From assembly GCA_002500665.1 (NCBI GenBank), contig DLRY01000046.1, positions 6,462 to 70,461 on the forward strand: a DNA stretch of 64,000 bases. Reading direction: 5' to 3'. Position numbers and translations under genes: made by a program. Positions within the stretch are counted from its first letter, which is position 1; the number at the start of each line of letters is the position of its first letter. The notes under the pieces were generated by a model. The model made no database searches, was not told the origin of the DNA, and saw nothing but the letters and a program-made list of their open reading frames with translations. Source of the stretch: Opitutia bacterium UBA7876 (GTDB lineage: Bacteria; Verrucomicrobiota; Verrucomicrobiia; Opitutales; Seribacteraceae). Positions 56,875-64,000 of the stretch are shown piece after piece.

Positions 56875-57873
56875 CTATAGGTCGACGCTTGCGGAAAAAA
56901 GCCACGCATGGCTCTTCAGACGATCATACTCATCATTAGCTGAGGTAAGAGAATAACGATAGTCGATCTGCAAACCCCAATTTTCCCCAATCCTGTAGGC
57001 ACAACCCAGAAGGAAATCGTAGGCGAAGCCCATACCGGTATACTCCTTAACCTTCTGAAGATTGACGAATCCAAAGCCCATCCCCAATCCAGTCCTTAAG
57101 TCGATGCGATCCCCCAATTCCTTTTCCAGAATGAGGCGGGAGAAAAAGTTGTGGACGCTCGCCTTAAGACCTCCGCTTGCATCAAAACCATTGTAGGTAT
57201 ATTCCCCCTCGACGCGGATTTTCCCGAAGTCCTTGCCTGCCTGCAAGCCAATGAGAAAGCCCGAATCGGACTTATGGTTGGTTTTGGTGTATCCCCCCAA
57301 GAGCGTATTGGGTTCACGAGTGGCGACGTCCGAGGGAAAAATAAATCCAATCAGGGGCCCGAAGTAGTAACCGGTATGTCGGGATGGAATATCCGAATCA
57401 TACAGTTTGGCATAGGCATCCTCCAAGTCCTCTTCACCTTCAACGCTTGAGTTGCCCTCGGCACCGGAGGATGCCTCGTCGCTTGCAATTACGCCGGGAT
57501 CAGGGACAAGATCGTCGAAAGAGGGAGGTGCAGGCACTTCCTTGACGGAGCCCCCAACCGACGCCTCGGGATAGTCCGGTACGGGTATAAAAACGGGAGG
57601 AGGGGGGGGTACTGGAACAGGTATTGCCTTCTTGGGTGGTTCGGGCAGTGAAAAATCGGTCGTGGGTACGGGGCCTTTGGAAAGTAATTGAGTGACCTGA
57701 GCCTCATGGATCGAAACCCGAGCCATCAGGTCGGCCAACTTTCGAGCCCGCTCGGCACGCTCCGTGGATTCGATCGTCAATGGTTGCCCGAATGCGGGAC
57801 AGGCAAAAATAAAAGCTATTGCCAGGAAAAATTCTGTGAACGATCTAATCATAAAAAATGGCGTTAGATACAT
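56875..57873 (-). CDS. Outer-membrane beta-barrel protein with Pro-rich N-terminal extension
   Basis: Signal peptide, Pro-rich run, barrel strands GYYFGPLIG, RVEGEYTY, LQIDYRY, WLFSASVDL. Confidence 0.75.
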   Translation of the reverse strand: MYLTPFFMIRSFTEFFLAIAFIFACPAFGQPLTIESTERAERARKLADLMARVSIHEAQVTQLLSKGPVPTTDFSLPEPPKKAIPVPVPPPPPVFIPVPDYPEASVGGSVKEVPAPPSFDDLVPDPGVIASDEASSGAEGNSSVEGEEDLEDAYAKLYDSDIPSRHTGYYFGPLIGFIFPSDVATREPNTLLGGYTKTNHKSDSGFLIGLQAGKDFGKIRVEGEYTYNGFDASGGLKASVHNFFSRLILEKELGDRIDLRTGLGMGFGFVNLQKVKEYTGMGFAYDFLLGCAYRIGENWGLQIDYRYSLTSANDEYDRLKSHAWLFSASVDL

Positions 57874-57914
57874 CTTTGTCTTTTTTCCTAAAAAGTGAAG
57901 GAAGAAATCCAGGC

Positions 57915-57958
57915 AAAAAAAAGCGCCGGGCGGCAGATTGGCGGGAACCGCCCGGCGC
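57915..57958 (-). terminator. Intrinsic terminator after the beta-propeller gene
   Basis: Perfect 11-bp stem GCGCCGGGCGG/CCGCCCGGCGC with a 14-nt loop; 8-U tail on the minus strand. Confidence 0.8.
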
Positions 57959-58004
57959 GGGTGTGGTGGATGGGAAAGAAAGTTATTAACAATGGATGCT
58001 TTGT

Positions 58005-59408
58005 CTATTCAATGCAATACAAATTTTCATTTGTTCTGATGAACAATTGTTTGCCCGCAATCGCCACCGAAGACCTAGTATTATCATCATAATCGCCCCC
58101 CATTCTAGCCAGGTGGAGAATCTTGCCCTCCTTGGCAGAGATCACGATCACTTCCGCATTATGGTTCATGGTATAGATTTTACCATCACCAGCAGTAGGG
58201 GAAGAACGCCATTTGTACTTGCCCGGCATGGGCAGGCTCCATTCGATTTTTCCGGTCAAGGGATCAACGCGCGATAAGTTTTTTCGCAGATCACTAAGGA
58301 TATAAAATTTGCCCGCATAAAAAAGCGGCGTCGGCACGTCCGAGGTCAGGGAAGGCGAATCGCCGCTATCCCAAACAAGGCCGTCTTTGCCTTCATGAGT
58401 ACCCTTCAGTCCCAACTTCACGGCAAAAACCGGTGCTTTCTTCGGGGCGCATGCCAGTACGACTCCAGCCCCAACCACTGGTGAGGGCACCAACCTCCAC
58501 CAGGCTTCCCGGTGGTTTGGGTTCCAGGTCCCCCATCTCCAGATTTCCTTTCCGGAAATGGGCTCATGACCAGTCAGGACATCCCCTCCGGCCACGATCA
58601 GTTGTCCGTTATGGGGAATAATAGTGGCGAAGGACTCGAGAGATTCCTTGTTCGCCTTAGATGGACGGACGTGCTGCCAAATGGTTTTCCCGGTAGATGG
58701 ATCCATGCAAAGAAGGTAGGAAGGGGAATTGGGTTTGCCGCGTCCATGCACCGACTCGTCTCGCTGCAGTATGGGTAGGTACAGCCTTCCGTCGTGCAAG
58801 GTTGGGGATGCGGAAAAAGTCCATTGGAAACAAAAGTCGCCATAGTCTTTCTGCAGGTTCCTTCTCCATTCTTCCTTTCCACTAAGGCTAAAAGACACCA
58901 AGTCCCCATTGCCGAAAAAGAAAATCACCCTTTTCCCGTCCGTCACGGCCGAGGGGCTTGCGTAGTTGGATCTTGAATGGAGTTGGGTAGCGGACCCATC
59001 GCCGGCGCCGGGGCGATAACCGCTACCCGCGTTACGTTTCCACAAAAGCGTCCCCTTTTCCCTGTCGAAACAAAGGGCCAGCAAGTTTCCCGCACCCTTC
59101 TTCTCCGAATCCTTTGCGTCCTCGATGGAACTCACGAAAACGCAATCGTTATAGATAATGGGAGTTGCCGCGGAAGCTCCTGGCAGGGAAGCCTTCCACT
59201 TGAATCTTTTTTTACCGTCAAACTTAACGGGAAGCCTTTGTTTGCCGGAGGAAGAACCGTTGTGTAACGGACCCCGCCAGTTCATCCAATTACCTGGTTC
59301 TGGGCCTGATGCACGCGACTTTGAAGCGGATAGAGAAAAGCTTGAACCTGCGAAAAGGAAAGCTACGCTGAGAATGAAGAGGTGGGGGAAGACGGATAAG
59401 GTAGTCAT
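58005..59408 (-). CDS. PQQ-like beta-propeller repeat protein (BamB-like family common in PVC bacteria)
   Basis: NWMNWRGP..NG, AATPII, YASPSAVTDG, GKEEWRR, SASPTL, SSVAIAGKQLFIRT. Confidence 0.88.
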   Translation of the reverse strand: MTTLSVFPHLFILSVAFLFAGSSFSLSASKSRASGPEPGNWMNWRGPLHNGSSSGKQRLPVKFDGKKRFKWKASLPGASAATPIIYNDCVFVSSIEDAKDSEKKGAGNLLALCFDREKGTLLWKRNAGSGYRPGAGDGSATQLHSRSNYASPSAVTDGKRVIFFFGNGDLVSFSLSGKEEWRRNLQKDYGDFCFQWTFSASPTLHDGRLYLPILQRDESVHGRGKPNSPSYLLCMDPSTGKTIWQHVRPSKANKESLESFATIIPHNGQLIVAGGDVLTGHEPISGKEIWRWGTWNPNHREAWWRLVPSPVVGAGVVLACAPKKAPVFAVKLGLKGTHEGKDGLVWDSGDSPSLTSDVPTPLFYAGKFYILSDLRKNLSRVDPLTGKIEWSLPMPGKYKWRSSPTAGDGKIYTMNHNAEVIVISAKEGKILHLARMGGDYDDNTRSSVAIAGKQLFIRTNENLYCIE

Positions 59409-59714
59409 ACCCTAAACCTAAGGCGACAAATGGATTCCATCGAGTAAAAAGATCGCTAAATTCCGAGAGTCCCCGACAGGGTACAAGGAGTCGCATAGCT
59501 GCGAAATTCAGCATATTGGAGCCAAGCGGGCTGAGGCAAAGGATTCCGCTTTCACGTCGGATGGAAGCTCATCCGACGTCAAACCGATCTTCATCGTGTT
59601 GCCAAACTTTTCTTATCGACGACTAGACCTAAGGGCGCTTTCTCATGAGAACGGGCCTCTCTAGCAGAGATTGAGCGCCTCCTATGGATTTGCTCAGCTT
59701 TTCAGGCGGACAGC

Positions 59715-59951
59715 CTAATCTCCTTCCCGACTATCTTCGTAGAGGTCGTCCTCGAGCCAATCCACAAATTCCTCTACTTGGTCGGGGGAACGATCGATGG
59801 AGAATGATTCGTCAAGGTTGAATTCCTCCTTGAAGTCCTCGCTTAGTTCCTTCTCCAGGGCGTCCCGATCCAAGTCTCGGTTTCTCCTCGATAACCAGTA
59901 CGCAAGAACGAGGCATCCTGCCGCAAAAACAATGCTGATTGCTAGGTCCAC
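59715..59951 (-). CDS. 78-aa membrane-anchored acidic hypothetical protein
   Basis: N-terminal TM, basic stop-transfer RRNR, acidic tail; follows the pqiC-like gene. Confidence 0.6.
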   Translation of the reverse strand: MDLAISIVFAAGCLVLAYWLSRRNRDLDRDALEKELSEDFKEEFNLDESFSIDRSPDQVEEFVDWLEDDLYEDSREGD

Positions 59952-59987
59952 TTGATATCGACGAAGAGGTCGAATTCGGGAAAAGGG

Positions 59988-60614
59988 TCAAGGGGAACCC
60001 TTTTCACCATTGGCTTCCATCTCAAGAACAAGAAAAGCGCTCAGGTCGGACAGGCACTGGCTCAAAGCCAAGACTTGAAGACCAGCATCGAGTGTCTGAC
60101 TGGGGTCATGGAAACCGAGTTTCTTTTGAAAACGTACCTGACTGACCAGCTTGTTGTCATGATATAGATCGCACAAGACCTCGATCAGAACCTTTCCCGG
60201 AGCAATGCGCTCAAAGCGACTGAAGGTGAGGCCGAGGTCAAACCGGCAACCGGGCTTCCTGCGATGCGGAAAGACTGAATAGCTCAAGGTATCGAGGCGC
60301 TCGCTTAGATTCAAGCCAACCACTCTTGAAATCCCTTCCTCCAGAGACTCTCCCCAACGTTCCGTCTCGGCAAACTCGATCAGACCTTGCTTGGGGCGTG
60401 CCACCAAACGGTTGTCCTGCAAATAAGACGGCAGCTCGACTTGGCGAAGATAGAAAGACGTGCCGGCACCCACCGAAGTAGAATTTGATTCTCCGTCAAG
60501 AGACGTCAGTAGATGAAAGGTCGACTCCTGATGATTAGATTCAGGGATGACGCAGGAAGACAGAAACGCAACCAAGGAAATCAGAATGATGGAAGTGTTG
60601 AAGGTGCAATTCAT
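59988..60614 (-). CDS. PqiC/ABC-transport auxiliary lipoprotein
   Basis: Lipobox FLSS-C, VELPSYLQDNRLV, ERWGESL; lies in the MCE operon. Confidence 0.8.
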   Translation of the reverse strand: MNCTFNTSIILISLVAFLSSCVIPESNHQESTFHLLTSLDGESNSTSVGAGTSFYLRQVELPSYLQDNRLVARPKQGLIEFAETERWGESLEEGISRVVGLNLSERLDTLSYSVFPHRRKPGCRFDLGLTFSRFERIAPGKVLIEVLCDLYHDNKLVSQVRFQKKLGFHDPSQTLDAGLQVLALSQCLSDLSAFLVLEMEANGEKGSP

Positions 60615-61519
60615 TCTTTGGAATTGGGTTTGCCTCGCAGAAAGGCCTGGGGATTTCTTTCCAGAAGATCGGCCAATGTCTTGAGGGACTTAGCCATTGC
60701 GGCGATTTCCCTCATGGTATCCGAAAATCCGAACCTGAAATCGGAGTCAGGATCGAGAATCTCCTTGAGTCTGACGGAAACATCGGAGACTTTTGCCAAC
60801 GTCTGCTTCGCCTCGTCCGAGGTCTCGGTAAGGCTTGGACCAAGAGCCAAGTAGGCCTTAGAGAATTCCTTCAGGAAAGACTGTATTTCGGTGTTGGTTG
60901 CCGAAAAGTCACTACCTAGCGTGGCAACGTTCAGCTCCTCCAGCTTTACCGTAGCAGTTTGCATGAGCTTGCTCATCTGCTTGCTCAACTGCTCTAGGTT
61001 AATGCTCTCGCTGAGTTCCGCGAAAATGGAATCCTTGGTCCGGATTTCCGTAAAGCCATGCAGGGTATTCGCATTCGATGGATCATCGCCAGGCTCGTTC
61101 TCGGTGGTAAGGTTAACATAGAGAATTCCCGTGACGAAGCTCTCCTGGACTAATTGCCCCATCAACCGGGGAATGATTTCCTTCTTGAACCTGCCATCCG
61201 CTTGGAAAATCTCGTTTTTTTGCTCAACCATGTGGCGCATGACCAACTTCCTGTTGATCTCCACAAGGACGGGCACGGGGCCCTTTTCCAAGGCGTCCCC
61301 GATAAAAAACCGCTCCACTCGTCCAATCCGGACTCCATTCAAGGTAACCTTGCCTCCTTCATGCAAACCGTAGACGTTTTCATGAAAAACCAAGACAAAA
61401 CGCTCGTTTTCGTCCCTCAAGGAGGAGAATCCGCCGGTGAAAACACCAAAGCCGATTAGAAGAATTATGGCTCCGAGGGAAAAAATTCCCACGAGAGCCT
61501 GGTTGCTTCTGTTTTTCAC
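60611..61519 (-). CDS. mlaD: MCE/MlaD-family protein
   Basis: VGIFSLGAIILL, VYGLHEGGKVTLNGVRIGRV, QESFVTGILYVNL, LERNPQAFLRG. Confidence 0.88.
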   Translation of the reverse strand: MKNRSNQALVGIFSLGAIILLIGFGVFTGGFSSLRDENERFVLVFHENVYGLHEGGKVTLNGVRIGRVERFFIGDALEKGPVPVLVEINRKLVMRHMVEQKNEIFQADGRFKKEIIPRLMGQLVQESFVTGILYVNLTTENEPGDDPSNANTLHGFTEIRTKDSIFAELSESINLEQLSKQMSKLMQTATVKLEELNVATLGSDFSATNTEIQSFLKEFSKAYLALGPSLTETSDEAKQTLAKVSDVSVRLKEILDPDSDFRFGFSDTMREIAAMAKSLKTLADLLERNPQAFLRGKPNSKE

Positions 61520-61557
61520 GAACCCTAGGAAACTCTAGTTTGCCTATTCTTTCAACC

Positions 61558-62343
61558 TCAGATTTGATCGGTAGAAGAGTCCCGGTTCATAAAGGATCTG
61601 ACGTGTTCGTGGACGCTGTTCTCGGCCAACCAGGCAGGATCACCCCTTTCGAGAAGGGACTTGGTGTTGGAATCAAGGAATATGGAGTCGTCCGCTATCT
61701 CGTATATGCTTGATAAATCGTGGCTTACTACAACAAAGGTTATGCCTAGACTCTCCTTGAGTTCGTTGATGAGGTCATCCAGTTTTCTGGACGTAAGCGG
61801 ATCGAGTCCAGCCGAGGGTTCGTCGAAAAACAAGATATCCGGATCAAGTGCCATAGCCCGGGCCAAGCCGGCTCGCTTCTTCATTCCCCCACTCAATTGA
61901 GACGGATAAAATTGCTCAAAACCGGCCAACCCAACCAAGCTTAGCTTGTATTCGGCTACCTGACCTACCTCTGATTCAGGTAAATCCGTGTGGGTTTCGA
62001 GGGGAAGCATGACGTTCTCGAGAAGCGTCATGGAACTCCACAGAGCCCCTCCCTGAAAAAGAACACCGAACCGTCTAAGGATTTCCGCTCTTTTCTCGAA
62101 TTCCGAGGACCAAAGATCATCGGATCGGATAAGGACGTTCCCCTTGCGGGGAGGAAGAAGGCCTATCAATGCCTTCAGCAAGGTGCTCTTACCACAACCA
62201 CTTCCTCCCATAACGACTAGGCAAGTACCATCGGCAACCTCGAAAGTCACGTCCTTGAGCACCTGGTAGTCCGCATAAGCCAGATCTAGGTTCTCGACCC
62301 GCAAGACGGGAAAGTCGTACGTTTTCACTTCCTCCTCCTTCAT
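61558..62343 (-). CDS. mlaF: ABC ATPase, MlaF/Mkl family
   Basis: GGSGCGKS, LSGGMKKRAGLARA, FFDEPSAGLDP, VVVSHD. Confidence 0.92.
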   Translation of the reverse strand: MKEEEVKTYDFPVLRVENLDLAYADYQVLKDVTFEVADGTCLVVMGGSGCGKSTLLKALIGLLPPRKGNVLIRSDDLWSSEFEKRAEILRRFGVLFQGGALWSSMTLLENVMLPLETHTDLPESEVGQVAEYKLSLVGLAGFEQFYPSQLSGGMKKRAGLARAMALDPDILFFDEPSAGLDPLTSRKLDDLINELKESLGITFVVVSHDLSSIYEIADDSIFLDSNTKSLLERGDPAWLAENSVHEHVRSFMNRDSSTDQI

Positions 62344-63536
62344 CTCAGGTCCAGAAAACTGAAGGTTATCTCAAAAAGGGCATCAACAACCACGATTAAG
62401 GTGACGCTGGTGACGACTGAAGAAGTGACGGCACGCCCCAAGGAGGCCGAATCCTTTCCGCTCCCTAGGCCCTTGTAGCATCCCACCAAGCCGATGATCA
62501 GGCCGAAAGCCAGGCTTTTGATCAACCCCGAGTATACCTCCCACATCCCTCTTAACGCGGATTGGGTCTGATCATAATAGTGTAGGACGGAAAAATCCAT
62601 CACTTGCGTCCCTACCGTCAATCCGCCAAGGATTCCAACTACGTCCGCATAAAGAGTAAGCAGAGGAGTCATCAAAAGAAGCCCAAGCGTTCTGGGAAGA
62701 ACGAGGAATTGCATCGGGGAAATACCAAAGGTCCTAAGTGAGTCGATCTCCTCGTTCAACTTCATGCTACCGAGCTCGGCGGCGAACGCAGCGCCAGTCC
62801 TACCTGCCATCACTATGGCAACCATAAGGGCCCCCATTTCACGGACCATGGCAAGGGAAACCAAATCCGCTATGTAAATCTTGGCATTAAATTTTTCCAG
62901 TTGCACGCTCCCAACGAATGCCATGGTAAGACCGGTCAGGAAACTGATCAAGGTCACGATCGGAAGGGCCGAGGCTCCGCAGGTCCGACAAGCCATAATC
63001 AGGTCTCTCAGACGCATGCCCGATCTACCGATGAAAAGCAAAAGGAAAGCCGAAAGCCATTCGGCCCAGAAACAAGCAAGCCCAAGGATCGTCTCGCGGA
63101 AACGTCCCAGACCCGTCTCGAAGAACTCGATCCCCGCATCAAGACTGAAGTCACTTCCGATTTTCTTGGGCCGCTTACTACCACACATCCCCAGGAGCTT
63201 AAGAATTCCTGCCGGGAGTCCGGCTGGATCAAAACCTTTTCCGGAATCCGCCAGCTCCCGCCTGCAAAGGTCGAGGAAAACGATCAAGGAGGAGTCCCAG
63301 GATTCTATTTCCGAAGCGGAAAAACGGAAGGCCCTTAGGTCAAGGTTCGAGGAAAGGATTCCACTCCATTCCAAGGACGCCGAACGCACTGCGCCTCCAC
63401 CAACGGTCCACTCGCCCTTGATCACACAATGGCCCTCATCCCCATCTCGACGGAAGGTCATCCAGACGCCATCTGATTCTCCTTGCTTCTTTAGCGGGGT
63501 TTCTTTGTCTGACATTTCTCGAATTTGATGATTCAT
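62340..63536 (-). CDS. mlaE: MlaE-family permease with N-terminal STAS-like domain
   Basis: Start likely 63536 or 63515. ASIDSWDSSL-type STAS segment, REMGALMVAIVMAGRTGAAFAAELGSMK, EEIDSL, AVTSSVV. Confidence 0.9.
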   Translation of the reverse strand: MNHQIREMSDKETPLKKQGESDGVWMTFRRDGDEGHCVIKGEWTVGGGAVRSASLEWSGILSSNLDLRAFRFSASEIESWDSSLIVFLDLCRRELADSGKGFDPAGLPAGILKLLGMCGSKRPKKIGSDFSLDAGIEFFETGLGRFRETILGLACFWAEWLSAFLLLFIGRSGMRLRDLIMACRTCGASALPIVTLISFLTGLTMAFVGSVQLEKFNAKIYIADLVSLAMVREMGALMVAIVMAGRTGAAFAAELGSMKLNEEIDSLRTFGISPMQFLVLPRTLGLLLMTPLLTLYADVVGILGGLTVGTQVMDFSVLHYYDQTQSALRGMWEVYSGLIKSLAFGLIIGLVGCYKGLGSGKDSASLGRAVTSSVVTSVTLIVVVDALFEITFSFLDLR

Positions 63537-63562
63537 TACAACCCATTGATCCCCTGAGTACA

Positions 63563-64000
63563 ATGCCAATACGAGCAATCTTGTTTGACCTCGATGGAAC
63601 ACTCATCGATCAATTTGCAGCCATTCACCGAGCCTTTGTACGAGTTCTCACCCAGATGGGGTTCCCGGCACCAAGCTTCGCGAAAGTCAAAAGATCCGTC
63701 GGAGGCGCATCCGAGTCTACCATGACCAAATTGATCGGTCCCGAGAGAGCCAAGGAAGCCGTCGCTATCCTCAGGCCTATCTTCGAAGAGGAGATGTTCA
63801 ACGGACTGGTGGCCCTTCCCGGTTCCATGGAGATCCTAGAATTCTGTAAAAACAAAGGCCTAAAGGCGGCGGTACTGACCAATAAGTACGGCCCGCATGC
63901 CCGAGCCGCCTGCGATCATCTTAATTTCTCCAAACACCTTGCCTTCACCCTTGGAGCCGAGGATACGAAATGGAAAAAACCGGATGCCAGAATCACCCAA
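63563..64000 (+). CDS. HAD-family hydrolase (phosphoglycolate phosphatase-like), 3' partial
   Basis: MPIRAILFDLDGTLID, VLTNK, and KKPD at the window end; missing from the ORF track because it has no stop in the window. Confidence 0.88.
   Translation, partial: MPIRAILFDLDGTLIDQFAAIHRAFVRVLTQMGFPAPSFAKVKRSVGGASESTMTKLIGPERAKEAVAILRPIFEEEMFNGLVALPGSMEILEFCKNKGLKAAVLTNKYGPHARAACDHLNFSKHLAFTLGAEDTKWKKPDARITQ

Noticed and set aside
59492-59593. Possible leader peptide (minus-strand MKIGLTSDELPS..., 28 aa) in the structured intergenic region
   Set aside because: No amino-acid enrichment typical of attenuators, no terminator U-tract, and too short to support without conservation data.

Overview
A chromosomal window of roughly 55% GC (estimated by eye). 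It is most likely from a Verrucomicrobiota (Opitutae/Puniceicoccales-like) genome, inferred from the PVC-type CxxCH heme protein, the SHD1, GYF_2 and MORN2 proteins, and the sulfatase/TIM-barrel sugar clusters. It holds about 55 CDS: housekeeping genes (tmk, holB-like, hemW, parA, rnc, mfd, radC, exbBD, mla-type MCE operon), carbohydrate genes (SSS symporter plus GH20, PL10 pectate lyase, sulfatase), a pseudaminic-acid-like sugar cluster and flagellar accessory genes. There are two tRNAs, Thr-TGT and Ser-TGA. No integrase, transposase, CRISPR array or rRNA was seen. The most striking feature is the ~1.15 kb region without a credible CDS at 28679-29870. It holds a ~800-830 nt highly structured minus-strand RNA between a near-consensus sigma70 promoter and a strong intrinsic terminator, with a loop-loop pseudoknot; the best guess is a MISL-class or GOLLD-like giant ncRNA of unknown function. 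This RNA sits back-to-back with a 73% AT patch carrying five co-oriented DnaA-box-like 9-mers, a candidate oriC or DnaA-binding locus. Other oddities: a pectate lyase ORF whose 5' end runs through a tRNA gene, a GYF_2-TM-thermonuclease fusion, a large coiled-coil membrane protein that may be phage-related, a GT2/phosphorylase/SPL-like radical SAM operon, and an unannotated 41-aa membrane ORF.
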